Source: Octopus bimaculoides (taxonomy: Eukaryota). Taken from it: 35,657 bases of DNA. Below the pieces are notes generated by a model. The model was not told where the DNA came from. It did no database searches and worked only from the letters and a program-made list of their open reading frames with translations. The stretch spans positions 172,604,620-172,640,276 of the forward strand of contig NC_068982.1 of assembly GCF_001194135.2 (NCBI RefSeq), read 5' to 3'. Each line of letters opens with the position of its first letter. Positions within the stretch are counted from its first letter, which is position 1. Shown here in pieces: positions 20,908 through 32,674 of this stretch. A program made the translations under genes and the position numbers.

Positions 20908-21671
20908 TCCCAGTGTGTTTGCATGTGTGTGCATCTATGTGTGTTAGTATGCGTGCCTATGTGTACACATGTATGCTCATATACACACTTGTACTTGAAT
21001 CTGATGTGATTGATTGTTATAACATCACAGGATAACACAAAGAAACATACATGATGTGTTGTGGATATATTCAGTCCTTATCCTTATGTCATAATGATGA
21101 TGATGATGATGATGATGATGATGGTGATGGTAATTGTGGTGGGTGACAATGACAATGAAAGTGACGGCAGCAGCAACAACGACAACGACAACGACAGTGA
21201 TGATGATTATGGCAATGATTCACAGAATTCTCAACATAAAATCCATCTTGAAATTATTCCATATTAATTTATTCCTAAACATTTTTAACAATAGATTTCT
21301 GCATATGTCATCAAAGTATTCTGTTAGTCATTATCTTTCAAAAACTGGAAGAAGCCTAGCATATCTTTACTCTAATGTGCTTATTGCTAATAATATAATT
21401 AAGTGCATTTTGTTATATTTACAATTTTTTATGGTGTGTTTATGATATTTATCTCTTTCTCTCTTTCTCTCTCGAAATTGTCCTCTTTATCATTTTTTAA
21501 TCTATTTTTATCTCATTTTTGATCTCTCTAATATCCTAAATCTTTATTTTATTTGGTGTAATAATTATGTGTGTGTCTATATTTATGCGTATGTACATAC
21601 ATATAGTGCTATACACACACACATACATGTATAAGTATATGTGTGTGTGTGTGTGTATCTATCTGTCTGTC

Positions 21672-21702
<31 letters not shown>

Positions 21703-21764
21703 CTCTCTATATATATATAGTAGTGCTGCCAATAGTAGTGCTACCAAGCATGGCCAATAGCAGT

Positions 21765-22050
21765 GTTGCCAAGCATGGCCGATACTGGTGCCGCCTGACT
21801 GGTACCTGTACCAGTGGCCTGTAAAAAGCATCTTTCGAGTCTGGTCGATGCCAGTGCCACGTGACTGGCTCTCATGATGGTGGCACGTAAAAAGCACCTA
21901 CAACACTCTCGGCGTGGTTGGCATCAGGAAGGGCATCTGTAGAAACCTTGCCAGGTCAGATTAGAGCCTGGTGCAGCCTCTTGGCCTGCCAGTCCTCAGT
22001 CATGCCAGCATGGAAGGCTGATGTTAAGCGATGATGAGGATGATGAGGAT
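21765..22050 (+). mobile_element. RTE 3' end (family B) with internal tandem units
   Basis: GCCAGTGCCACGTGACTGGC..GGTGGCACGTAAAAAGCACC..AGGAAGGGCATC..(GAT)n. Confidence 0.85.
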
Positions 22051-22084
22051 GTATATATTCATATCTTTCTATCTATCTATCTAT

Positions 22085-22416
22085 CTTTCATTTGCTTTAG
22101 TCATTAGACTGCAACCGTGCTGGAGTACTGCATTGAAGGACTTTTCGTTGAATGACTTGACGACCCTAGTAGTATTTTTTTTTAAGCCTGGCATTTATTT
22201 TGTCAGTCTCCTAAGTTACAGGGATGTAAACACACGTACACTGGTTGTCAAGTGGTAGTGGGGGACAAACACAGACACAAAGACACACATATGCATATTA
22301 AGAGAGGCTTCTTTCAGTTTCTGTCTACCAAATCCACTCACAGTTTCAGTCAGCCTGAGGCTATAGCAGAAGACACTTGCCCAAGGTGCCATGCAGTGGG
22401 ACTGAACTTGGAACCA
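22085..22416 (-). mobile_element. SINE family A, near full length
   Basis: Reverse complement of family A from the tail to GGACTGAAC. Confidence 0.88.
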
Positions 22417-22448
<32 letters not shown>

Positions 22449-22714
22449 ACAGATGAAAGATAGAAGATGGAGTATACAAGAATTTATTATTAATCGTGAC
22501 AATTGTTTCGACACATCTAACATTGATTCTTCATGGGGTGGGACACTCAACAACTGGTTCAGAAGCATCCGGTGGTGCAGATGTATCTCATTGGATGATA
22601 AATAAATAAATACAACTCGTTAAAATGACTGTTCCGCAATGTAACTTTCTGTTTTACAGAGAGAAAAACAGCCAGACAGAGGAAATATCTTCATTTCTAT
22701 AGAAAATCAAAAAT

Positions 22715-22870
22715 ATATATGTTTGTATCTTTGTGTCTCCCACCACTGCTTGATAACTGGCATTGATTTGTTTACATCTCCATGAGCTAGCGGTTCAGCA
22801 AAAGAGACTAAAAGAATAAGTACCTGGTTTAAAAAATGAGTACATGGCCGCAGTTGAATGACTGAAACAA
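22715..22870 (+). mobile_element. SINE family A 3' half
   Basis: CTTTGTGTC..GCTTGATAACTGG..GCGGTTCAGCAAAAGAGAC..ATGACTGAAACAA. Confidence 0.8.
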
Positions 22871-23526
22871 AAAAAAAAAAATATNNNNNNNNNNNNNNNN
22901 NNNNNNNNNNNNNNNNNNNNNNNNNNNNNNNNNNNNNNNNNNNNNNNNNNNNNNNNNNNNNNNNNNNNNNNNNNNNNNNNNNNNNNNNNNNNNNNNNNNN
23001 NNNNNNNNNNNNNNNNNNNNNNNNNNNNNNNNNNNNNNNNNNNNNNNNNNNNNNNNNNNNNNNNNNNNNNNNNNNNNNNNNNNNNNNNNNNNNNNNNNNN
23101 NNNNNNNNNNNNNNNNNNNNNNNNNNNNNNNNNNNNNNNNNNNNNNNNNNNNNNNNNNNNNNTTTTTTTTTTTTTTTTTTTTTTTTGTAAATTTCTATTT
23201 CAGCAGTCTGTTTAATTGTGGTAACCTAGCTGTTTGCAAATAGGTATTACATCACTAGAAAAATGTTGCTTAGTGTAAGAAACTGGAGACCAATCTTGAA
23301 GAAGATATAGGTTTTGTCTGCCTATTGGCACAAAACTGGCAATAAGCATTATCCCGTGTGGCTGAAGTGGTATTTATTAATATAATTATTATGATTAATT
23401 ATGGACTGATTTCATTAACATTTCTACATCTAATAAACTATCCGCAGCCTTGTTTTTCTCCACTCATTGCAGATCTGCATTTAGTGCTAGTTTTTCTCTA
23501 TTCTGTTTATGCCTCTTATGTACGTT

Positions 23527-23571
<45 letters not shown>

Positions 23572-24196
23572 ACAGATGGAGTCTAGTCTTTTTAGCCAAG
23601 ATAAGTTACAGCACAGATCTTTCCCACTTTCTTCATAACTCATGTGCTGTACTTCCTTTCGTAAAAACACACCCTCCAGCACTAATTACATCAACTATGT
23701 AGCACAGAATTTATCTCAGCCTTTGAGCAGATCATCATAGCAGTGCACGTTTCTTGAGAGGATGGCTACGACTGCTGCCAACTGCTTCCGACTACTCTAG
23801 TGCACCTATTGATGATTTTAAGTTTCTGGTTGCCTATCAGATAAGGCAAGCCGGTGACTTCACTGTACCCATTGTTGGCACTGATTAATATCGAGCAAAG
23901 TTACTTCTCATATGTACCCAGACTTTTGTGATCCACTATGCCACAGGGCCCCAGCCACTAGATTTTCAACCAGTATTAGGCTGCACAGAAAGAATAAATT
24001 TTAAAATTTTATTTTCTATTTCATTAGCTATTGCAACCTGCTGGGCGTTTCTGCATTATATATGTAATATTATACGTAATGATTAAATTGTATATTATGT
24101 AATTTATTGTGCTTTGTTATAAATGTGATCTCCTGGTCCATGGTAGAGTCTTCTTGCCTGAAACTAGTAAATGGTGCAAAAATGGTTGGGGCTCAC

Positions 24197-24241
24197 TGCC
24201 CTACACAGTCCTCGTGTGTGATGGTGTCCTTGTAGAAGTAC
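24197..24241 (-). other. Candidate 45-nt exon (YFYKDTITHEDCVG or VLLQGHHHTRGLCRA)
   Basis: Branch-like CTGAC about 20 nt upstream of CTTCAAAG|G acceptor, GCA|GTGAGC donor, length divisible by 3, two open frames. Confidence 0.25.
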
Positions 24242-24286
24242 CTTTGAAGTGTAAGACAGTCAGGAAAGGGACTATGCTCTCATCAC

Positions 24287-24334
<48 letters not shown>

Positions 24335-24338
<4 letters not shown>

Positions 24339-24560
24339 GTTTTAACATCTACTTTTCCATGCTTGTGTGGTTTGGATGGTGTTTGTTGAAACAGATTTTC
24401 TATGGCTGGATGTCTTGCTTGTCACCAACCCTCAACTGAAGTAATATTCTCTCACGACCAGACATATTTTCACCAAAGATTGGAAATGAAAGAAACTGTT
24501 TGCATGATGATGGTGACAATCATTTTACAACTGTCACGTGATATCAAGACAAGGAGACAA
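24335..24560 (-). mobile_element. Family D element with long (GAT)n tail
   Basis: (CAT)n array at about 24280-24340 then TTTTAACATCTACTTTTCCATGCTTG..GGCTGGATGTC..ACCAGACATATTTTCAC. Confidence 0.8.
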
Positions 24561-24561
24561 T

Positions 24562-24598
<37 letters not shown>

Positions 24599-24679
24599 AC
24601 ATACGATGATCTTCTTTCAGATTTCATCTTTACATAAACTGGCAGAATGCAAGTCTTTATTCCTACATTAATGTACTGG

Positions 24680-24775
24680 GCATCATCATCATCATTTAAC
24701 ATCCGTTTCCCATGCTGGTTTGATAGAGGCTGGTTAAGCTGAAGACTGCACCAGGCTTCAGTGTTTGTTTTGACA
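24680..24775 (-). mobile_element. RTE 3' end (family B), short
   Basis: CATCATCATTTAACATCCGTTTCCCATGCTGG..CTGCACCAGGCTTCAG. Confidence 0.65.
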
Positions 24776-25110
24776 GAATTATTTGTGCCAGACAAAATGC
24801 TTAGCACAGCGGTTCCCAAACTTTTTGCACCTACGACCCCCCTACTATCAGTTGATAGTTGAAATTAATGTTAACCCAAGTGTGACCCCTCCAGTGGGGT
24901 CAGGAACCACCAGTTGGGAACCACTGGCTTAGCACCATTTCTTCCAGCCCTTTACGTTCTGAGTTCAAATGCCACCAAGGTCGATTCAGCTTTGCCTTTC
25001 AACCTTTTAGGGTTGATAAAGTAAGTACCTGTTGAGCACTGAAGTTGACATAATTGATTTCCCCTTCCCCTCACAACTACTGGCCTTGTGCAAAACCTAG
25101 AATATTATTA
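24770..25110 (+). mobile_element. SINE family C split by a hAT MITE
   Basis: GCCAGACAAAATGCTTAGCA [MITE] CCATTTCTTCCAGCCCTTTACGTTCTGAGTTCAAATGCC..CTGGCCTTGTGC. Confidence 0.85.
24807..24926. mobile_element. hAT-type MITE, 120 bp
   Basis: TIRs CAGCGGTTCCCAAAC and CAGTTGGGAACCACTG; perfect 8-bp TSD GCTTAGCA at 24799-24806 and 24927-24934. Confidence 0.92.
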
Positions 25111-25595
25111 GGCTGTTTATTGCGATTTTCCACACAACTCCTTGTGACTTCCTATGGAACCCTACAGTTCCATAGAACATCATTTAAGAAATACTGCTCA
25201 ACATGGGTGTGGATTTGATTAAAATGTCTACCCAAATCATGGGTCAGTTTGCATTAAGGCTGATCTGAGATTAAAGCGTCATTGCAATAAGAACAGACGT
25301 GTACGTATCTCTAAATATATATGTACATATGAATGCATACATCTACTCTATGCAAAATGTATTTCTAAATACATATCTGTGTGTGTGTGTGTGTGTACTT
25401 TATGCAGTGTGGTAAATACAAAACAACTAACAAGCATATTGTTTTAAATTTTATATAACAAATGCTGACTTGGCAGTAATTACTTTTGCAAAAAGGCAGC
25501 AATCTTCTCATTACAACACATTTATTTCTCATTATATATATATGTGTGTGTGTGTGTGGATATGTGTGTGCTTGTATATGCATGTGTGTGAGCAT

Positions 25596-25650
<55 letters not shown>

Positions 25651-25837
25651 NNNNNNNNNNNNNNNNNNNNNNNNNNNNNNNNNNNNNNNNNNNNNNNNNN
25701 NNNNNNNNNNNNNNNNNNNNNNNNNNNNNNNNNNNACACACATACATACATATATTTGTATACATGGTGTGTGTATATATATATATGTATATATATTGCA
25801 GATATGTACATGCATTTGCACACAAGCTTCACATGCG

Positions 25838-25872
<35 letters not shown>

Positions 25873-26013
25873 ATGTGTATGGGTATTCATATGTACATAA
25901 ATGCTACACGTAACCTTTATGCCAACTCGCAATGTCTGCCAGGCCAGTTTGTGTAATCCTCTTACATGAAAAATAAATCTCTCACTCCTCCCCTCCTCTC
26001 TCTTCCCTCTCTC

Positions 26014-26053
<40 letters not shown>

Positions 26054-26428
26054 AAAACAAATTCATAAGTAAACGAGTGAGCTCCTTCCACTCCAGTATA
26101 CACACACATATCTAAATGTGCATATGTATGTCTGTATATGCATGAATGTATGTATGTATGTACACATTTACATGTACATATATACACACTTCTGTATATA
26201 TGTATTATATATATTTATATACATATTTACATACATAAATGCACACATGGATACATACATATACATACATACATATATATATAATATATATATNNNNNNN
26301 NNNNNNNNNNNNNNNNNNNNNNNNNNNNNNNNNNNNNNNNNNNNNNNNNNNNNNNNNNNNNNNNNNNNNNNNNNNNNNNNNNNNNNNNNNNNNNNNNNNN
26401 NNNNNNNNNNNNNNNNNNNNNNNNNNNN

Positions 26429-26460
<32 letters not shown>

Positions 26461-26465
26461 CATAC

Positions 26466-26496
<31 letters not shown>

Positions 26497-26754
26497 TCTA
26501 TATGTATATATCATCATCGTCATCATCAAATGTCCAGGTCCTATGTTGGCATTGGTTACACACACATTATTCCTTCAGGTATTATTTCTTCGCCGTAGCT
26601 TGACTTTTCCACCTGCTTATATAGACTTACTTATTCAATTTTTCTAAGACATACAGCTTTTTCTTGGCTTTACACATGGTGCTTGGGTTGCACAGATTCA
26701 CTTTAAGCCCACGGTTTTCCTTCAATGTTTTTGTCTATATCTAAACATCACGAA

Positions 26755-27200
26755 AGTCGGCTTGTGAAGACCTGTTGGGGTAAGCAAAAGCGAAATCGTG
26801 ACAGCACCTGTGCTGGTGGCACGTGTAAAAACATTTGAGCGAGATCGTTGCCAGTGCCACTGGACTGGCTCCTATGCAGGTGGCACGTAAGATACACCAT
26901 TTTGAGCATGGCTGTTGCCAGTACCACCTGACTGGCCTTTGTGACGGTGGCACGTAAAAGCACCCACTACGCTCTCAGAGTGGTTGGCGTTAGGAAGGGC
27001 ATCCACCTGTAGNNNNNNNNNNGCACCCACTACGCTCTCAGAGTGGTTGGCGTTAGGAAGGGCATCCACCTGTAGAAACTCTGCCAGATCAGATTGGAAG
27101 CTGGTGTAGCCATCTGGTTTCACCAGTCCTCAGTCAAATCGTCCAACCCATGCTAGCATGGAAAGCAGGCGTTAAACAATGATGATGATGCTGATGATGA
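26755..27200 (+). mobile_element. RTE 3' UTR (family B) with three ~65-bp tandem units
   Basis: GGTGGCACGT anchors at 26815, 26879 and 26946; ends GAAAGCAGGCGTTAAACAATGATGATG; contains a 10-N gap. Confidence 0.9.
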
Positions 27201-27384
27201 TTTTCCATTTACTTTATGTTAGCAGAAACACCACATCGACAATTCCATTTTGTTTCTTTATTTCTTTCATGTTCCTTTTTTTTTTTTTTACTTTTATTTC
27301 ACACCATTGGTAATGAGATCGACTGCACTCTAAATTAAGATTTAAGCTAGGATTACCTTTTTTTTAATATTTGTTAAAAACATA

Positions 27385-27570
27385 AGGTGGCAATTTGGCA
27401 CGTTGGCAGAATTGTTAACACACTGGGCAAAATCCTTTGCAGTATTTCGCCTGTCTTCATGTTCTGAGTTCAAATCCCATCAAGGTCAACTTTGCTATTC
27501 ATACCTTTTTTTTTTTTTAGTGGTGGTGGTGGTGGGGTTTGATAAAATAAAGTACCAGTTGAGTACTGGC
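27385..27570 (+). mobile_element. SINE family C 5' two-thirds
   Basis: GGCAGAATTGTTAAC..GTTCTGAGTTCAAATCCC..GGTCAACTTTGC..GATAAAATAAAGTACCAGTTGAGTACTGG. Confidence 0.8.
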
Positions 27571-27905
27571 AAATGTTTTGTACTGACCAATGTCCTTCGA
27601 GTGAATTTGGTAGATAGAAACTATGTGGAAGCATGTTGTGTATATATGTATGTGTGTACTTAGCTTCAAGGAAGCTATGATGTTCATTCACTCACATCTG
27701 AGTGCTCTGCATCTTATAGGAGAATGACCTGTAAGCTAATGAAGTTCGTTGCATATGCTGTTCCTTTATCATTTATTTAATTTCATATTACACTCTGTAC
27801 ACGACTTATACTTTGTTTCAAGGCATATGGATATTGAGGTCTAGCATCAGGTTATTAGTATTGCATATACCTAAGTGATATCTACCTACCTACCTGCCTG
27901 TCTGC

Positions 27906-27947
<42 letters not shown>

Positions 27948-28062
27948 GTCTATCTATCTACATAAATACATATATACACACACGTACACACACACACACA
28001 CACACACACAAAGGGTAATGATCTCCTTCAGTCATTAATGACCATGGGATTGCACTTGGAAA

Positions 28063-29057
28063 NNNNNNNNNNNNNNNNNNNNNNNNNNNNNNNNNNNNNN
28101 NNNNNNNNNNNNNNNNNNNNNNNNNNNNNNNNNNNNNNNNNNNNNNNNNNNNNNNNNNNNNNNNNNNNNNNNNNNNNNNNNNNNNNNNNNNNNNNNNNNN
28201 NNNNNNNNNNNNNNNNNNNNNNNNNNNNNNNNNNNNNNNNNNNNNNNNNNNNNNNNNNNNNNNNNNNNNNNNNNNNNNNNNNNNNNNNNNNNNNNNNNNN
28301 NNNNNNNNNNNNNNNNNNNNNNNNNNNNNNNNNNNNNNNNNNNNNNNNNNNNNNNNNNNNNNNNNNNNNNNNNNNNNNNNNNNNNNNNNNNNNNNNNNNN
28401 NNNNNNNNNNNNNNNNNNNNNNNNNNNNNNNNNNNNNNNNNNNNNNNNNNNNNNNNNNNNNNNNNNNNNNNNNNNNNNNNNNNNNNNNNNNNNNNNNNNN
28501 NNNNNNNNNNNNNNNNNNNNNNNNNNNNNNNNNNNNNNNNNNNNNNNNNNNNNNNNNNNNNNNNNNNNNNNNNNNNNNNNNNNNNNNNNNNNNNNNNNNN
28601 NNNNNNNNNNNNNNNNNNNNNNNNNNNNNNNNNNNNNNNNNNNNNNNNNNNNNNNNNNNNNNNNNNNNNNNNNNNNNNNNNNNNNNNNNNNNNNNNNNNN
28701 NNNNNNNNNNNNNNNNNNNNNNNNNNNNNNNNNNNNNNNNNNNNNNNNNNNNNNNNNNNNNNNNNNNNNNNNNNNNNNNNNNNNNNNNNNNNNNNNNNNN
28801 NNNNNNNNNNNNNNNNNNNNNNNNNNNNNNNNNNNNNNNNNNNNNNNNNNNNNNNNNNNNNNNNNNNNNNNNNNNNNNNNNNNNNNNNNNNNNNNNNNNN
28901 NNNNNNNNNNNNNNNNNNNNNNNNNNNNNNNNNNNNNNNNNNNNNNNNNNNNNNNNNNNNNNNNNNNNNNNNNNNNNNNNNNNNNNNNNNNNNNNNNNNN
29001 NNNNNNNNNNNNNNNNNNNNNNNNNNNNNNNNNNNNNNNNNNNNNNNNNNNNNNNNA
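28063..29057. other. Assembly gap (largest N-run)
   Basis: Other N-runs at about 7459-7661, 12344-12353, 13307-13568, 17807-17911, 19223-19314, 22885-23162, 25651-25735, 26294-26429, 27013-27022, 29985-30118 and 34574-34798; most are flanked by (TA)n or (CA)n. Confidence 0.99.
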
Positions 29058-29080
29058 TATATATACATATATATATACGA

Positions 29081-29230
29081 CAGGCTTCTTTCAGTTTCCA
29101 TCTACCAAATCCACTCACAAGGCTTTGGTCGGCCCGAGGCTATAGTAGAAGACACTTGCCCAAGGTGCCACGCAGTGGGACTGAACCTGGAACCATGTGG
29201 TTTGTAAGCAAGCTACTTACCACACAGCCA
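29081..29230 (-). mobile_element. SINE family A 5' half, young
   Basis: GGCTTCTTTCAGTTTCCATCTACCAAATCCACTCACAAGGCTTTGGTCGGCCCGAGG..CTTACCACACAGCC with CpGs retained. Confidence 0.92.
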
Positions 29231-29265
<35 letters not shown>

Positions 29266-29299
29266 GTATGTATGTATATATATCAGTGTGTGTGTGTGA

Positions 29300-29490
29300 A
29301 ACCTTATGTTTGTTTAGACAATCAGCTCTGGTTTATCTTTGTCCACACAATCTCATGAATTTGCAAAGAAGGTGAGCAATTAAATAAATGCCCCAAGCTA
29401 GAAATATGTAGTGGGATCAATTTATATAAAGCAAACCCTTAAAGGTGTTGCTTTGGTGCGGTTGTTGATCAATGACTAAAAAACCTGTAC
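29300..29490 (+). mobile_element. SINE family A 3' half, highly diverged
   Basis: GACAATCAGCTCTGG..GCAAAGAAGG..AACCCTTAAAGGTGTTGC..AATGACTAAAA is colinear with the A tail. Confidence 0.5.
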
Positions 29491-29744
29491 AAAGAACAAC
29501 AGAATTAACAAAGTTTCAAATGTCAACAACATTGATTTCTCTGGAAATGGGAATTACTGTATTAAATCAACTTTAAGAGGGAAATTGGTGGAGAGATTGA
29601 ACAGAAACTGCAGAACAGTTTAATATGAAACAAGGCAACTGTTGGAATAATTAAAACCATTTTCAGAAACAATCAGGGAGAGTGTGATGGCTGGACTTTC
29701 AATAATTTTTAAACACCTTTCATGTATTTTGGTATTAGCATTCT

Positions 29745-29945
29745 TTTATTCTTTTACTTGTTTCAGTTATTTGACTGAGGCCATGCTGGAGCACCGCCTT
29801 TCGTTGAACAAATTGACCCCCAGGACTTATTATTTGTAAGCCTAGTACTTATTCTGTCGGTTTCTGTTTGCGATGGGGACGTAAGCACACTAACGTCGGT
29901 TGTCATGCAATGGTGGCAGGACAAACCCAGACTCAAATAACAAAT

Positions 29946-29984
<39 letters not shown>

Positions 29985-30300
29985 NNNNNNNNNNNNNNNN
30001 NNNNNNNNNNNNNNNNNNNNNNNNNNNNNNNNNNNNNNNNNNNNNNNNNNNNNNNNNNNNNNNNNNNNNNNNNNNNNNNNNNNNNNNNNNNNNNNNNNNN
30101 NNNNNNNNNNNNNNNNNNATATATATATATATATATATATACGATGAGGTTCTTTCAGTTTCTGTCTACCAAATCCACTCACAATGCTTTGGTTGGCCCA
30201 AGGCTATAACAGAAAACATCTGCCCAAGGTACCACACAGTGGGACTGAACCTGGAACCATGTGGTTGGGAAGCAAGCTTCTTACCACACAGCCATGCCTC
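29745..30300 (-). mobile_element. SINE family A, full length with gap in internal microsatellite
   Basis: Tail CTTTTACTTGTTTCAG at about 29750 and head ACCACACAGCCATGCCTC at about 30283-30300. Confidence 0.9.
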
Positions 30301-30674
30301 CATCTATATGGCAATAGAGGAAAAAGTTCTTCTGTTATTTTGACTTTACATGCGCATACATGTAAGCATAGAAACATGCTTACACATAAGCACAATCATG
30401 CACATACCTATGCATGCACTTATGTTATCTTCATTCTCATAAGTAATAGTTTCAGAAAGACAGAATGGCCTACACAAGACTGGAGGAGACACGTGGATGG
30501 AAAGTTGCTGCAGAGGTGACAGGGTGTGTAATGAAAGATTTCTGACGAAGGACACTAAAATAATAATAATGATAATAATAATAGTAATACAGTTGATTTT
30601 ATGACATTTCAATTTGCACCATGACTTATGGGACTTGATCCAAGAGACAACAGTGTATGTGCAATAAGTGGATG

Positions 30675-30810
30675 TGGGAAGGCGGTGAGCTGGCAGAAAC
30701 GTTGCCTTTCATTCTATCGGAGTCAATAGATTAAATACCAGTTTCATACTGGGGTCGATCTAATTGACTAGCCCCCTCCCCCAAAATTTCGGGCCTTGTG
30801 CCTAGAGTAA
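30675..30810 (+). mobile_element. SINE family C, internally deleted, young 3' part
   Basis: GGCGGTGAGCTGGCAGAAACGTT joined to GCCTTTCATTCTATCGGAGTC..GGGGTCGATCTAATTGACTAGCCCCCTCCCCCAAAATTTCGGGCCTTGTGCC. Confidence 0.85.
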
Positions 30811-30889
30811 AAAAAAATAAATAAATGGATGTGGGTGTATAAATATATTATGCAAGCATTATATATGTACATGTATACTCATATATATA

Positions 30890-31125
30890 TATCATCATCA
30901 TTTAATATGTTTTCCATGCTGGCATGGGTTGGACGGTTTGACAGGGGCTGGTGAGGCTGGGGGTGAGTGATTACACCCAACTCCATTGTCTGTTCTGGTA
31001 TGGATTCTGTGGCTGGATGCCCTTAATGCCAGCCACCCCATAGAGTGTACTAAATGATTTTTACATGGCACCAGCACCAGTGCTTTCTACATGGCACCAT
31101 GACAGTGCTTTTTTACTCATCACCA
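30890..31125 (-). mobile_element. RTE 3' end (family B), diverged
   Basis: (CAT)n..TTTTCCATGCTGGCATGGGTTGGACGG..GGCTGGATGCCCTTAATGCCAGCCAC. Confidence 0.82.
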
Positions 31126-31149
31126 ATGAATTTTACGTGTGTATTTATC

Positions 31150-31495
31150 TCCTGGTGACATGCTGTGCTTGAGAAAACCTGTTGAGTCAAGTGAAATCGC
31201 AGTTGTGGCCACTGCTGCCTGATTGGCACCTCTGCTGTTGGCATGTTAAAAGGCACCATCCTAACGTGGTTGATGCCAGTGCCACCTGGGTGGCTCCCAT
31301 GCTGGTGACATGTAAAAAGCACCCACTACATTCTCGGATTGGTTGACATTAGGAAGGGCATCCAGCTGTAGCAACCTTGCCAGATGAGATTGGGGCCCGG
31401 TGCAGCCTACTAGCTTTCCAGCCCTCAGTCAAACCGTCCAACCCATGCCAGCATGGAAAATGGATGTTAGACGATGATGATGATGATGATGGTGA
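31150..31495 (+). mobile_element. RTE 3' end (family B) including last ORF2 codons
   Basis: Begins W*HAVLEKTC*VK* (same AVLEK motif as 1357-1491); ends CATGGAAAATGGATGTTAGACGATGATG. Confidence 0.88.
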
Positions 31496-32279
31496 TATAT
31501 ATAATCACCATCATAATCTCATGCTTTCCCTGCTGGCATGGGTTAGAGCACGTAAAGTAAATGGGAAACTGATAATATCATAGTTTGTATGAGAAGACAA
31601 GCACAGATGCATATATATATGTGTGTGTGTGTGTATACACATACGTACACACACACACATGCACATACTGTCTGATTGACATTTAACATTGCTCCACTAC
31701 CTTGAAGCAATGCAATGAGCTGGTGGATTAAGAGTAGGTTAGGGTAATAAAATGGAGGGTGGGATATGTAGCCTGAGAGTTATGTGGTGGAGAAAAAGTA
31801 AACTGCATGTGTGTGTGTGTGTGTGTGTGAAGAAGTAAGAGAAGTGTTTGCTGAGTAGGAGTGAAGTGGTGAATGAGCTACGTCGTATAGTGAGTGAGCG
31901 AGAGTGAGAGGATGAGAGAGAGCAATCAAATGCATTCCTAGTACACACACACACACACAGACACACAATCCACACACACACACACACAGACACACAATCC
32001 ACACACACACACATGCAGACACAAATCCACATGCACACACACACACACTCACACACACATTTAAGAAAGTTTTTTTTATTTTTAAGATCATGTGTTTTTT
32101 GTGGGCCAATCATTGGTTCACAGCCTTTCTGGTTAGTGAGCGACTAGGGAGTGTTTGTGCATGTTGGGTGGAATAAGTATAGCAAGGTATTGTTGTTCAG
32201 TGAATCATTTTACTGGTTTCATTAGCAATATGCATATCTTATTGCCAGTAGACAAGAATTAATAGCTTATAAATATGTA

Positions 32280-32670
32280 GGACGGCAGATTTAGCACAAT
32301 TGTTAGCATGCCAGATAAACTGCTGATCAGCATTTCTTGTGGTTCTTTATATTCTGAATTCAAATCCAGTTGGTCAACCTCGTCTTATATTCTTTCAGGG
32401 TTGGCAATATAAGTGCCTGATGTGTACTGTGGTCAACTAACTCCCACCCCCGGCAAATTTCCAGACCTTGTGCTTTTATATTACAAAGGAATATCATATA
32501 CATATGTAAGGTGATGAGTTGCCATGATCATTAGCATGTTGGACAAAATTCTTAGTGGCATTTTGTTCTGGCACTTTACGGAATCAATAAAATAAAGTAT
32601 CAATCAAGTACTTGGGTCGATGACTATTCCTGCTCACTAAAATTACTGGCCTTGAATCAAATTTTTGAAA
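32280..32670 (+). mobile_element. Two tandem diverged SINE family C copies (about 32280-32480 and 32510-32670)
   Basis: GTTAGCATGCCAGATAAA..TTCTGAATTCAAATCC; TTAGCATGTTGGACAAAATTCTTAGTGGC..ACTGGCCTTG. Confidence 0.7.
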
Positions 32671-32674
32671 TAGC

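Noticed and set aside
25152-25200. 9-bp hairpin CTATGGAAC/GTTCCATAG followed by TTTAAGAAATACTG
   Set aside because: It looks like one orphan hAT MITE end; no matching left TIR or TSD was found.
26960-27075. Exact 53-bp direct repeat
   Set aside because: The two copies flank a 10-N gap inside one RTE copy, typical of overlapping contig ends left unmerged.
27958-29207. The three longest ORFs (357-389 aa) in the track
   Set aside because: They are almost entirely X from the N-gap; the flanking residues come from SINE A and microsatellites.
29318-29371. 54-nt plus exon candidate with AAG|GTGAGC donor
   Set aside because: It aligns colinearly with the 3' half of SINE family A.
30456-30515. 60-nt plus exon candidate (KDRMAYTRLEETRGWKVAAE)
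   Set aside because: The donor is mediocre (GTGACA), no homology was recognised, and no convincing partner exons were found.
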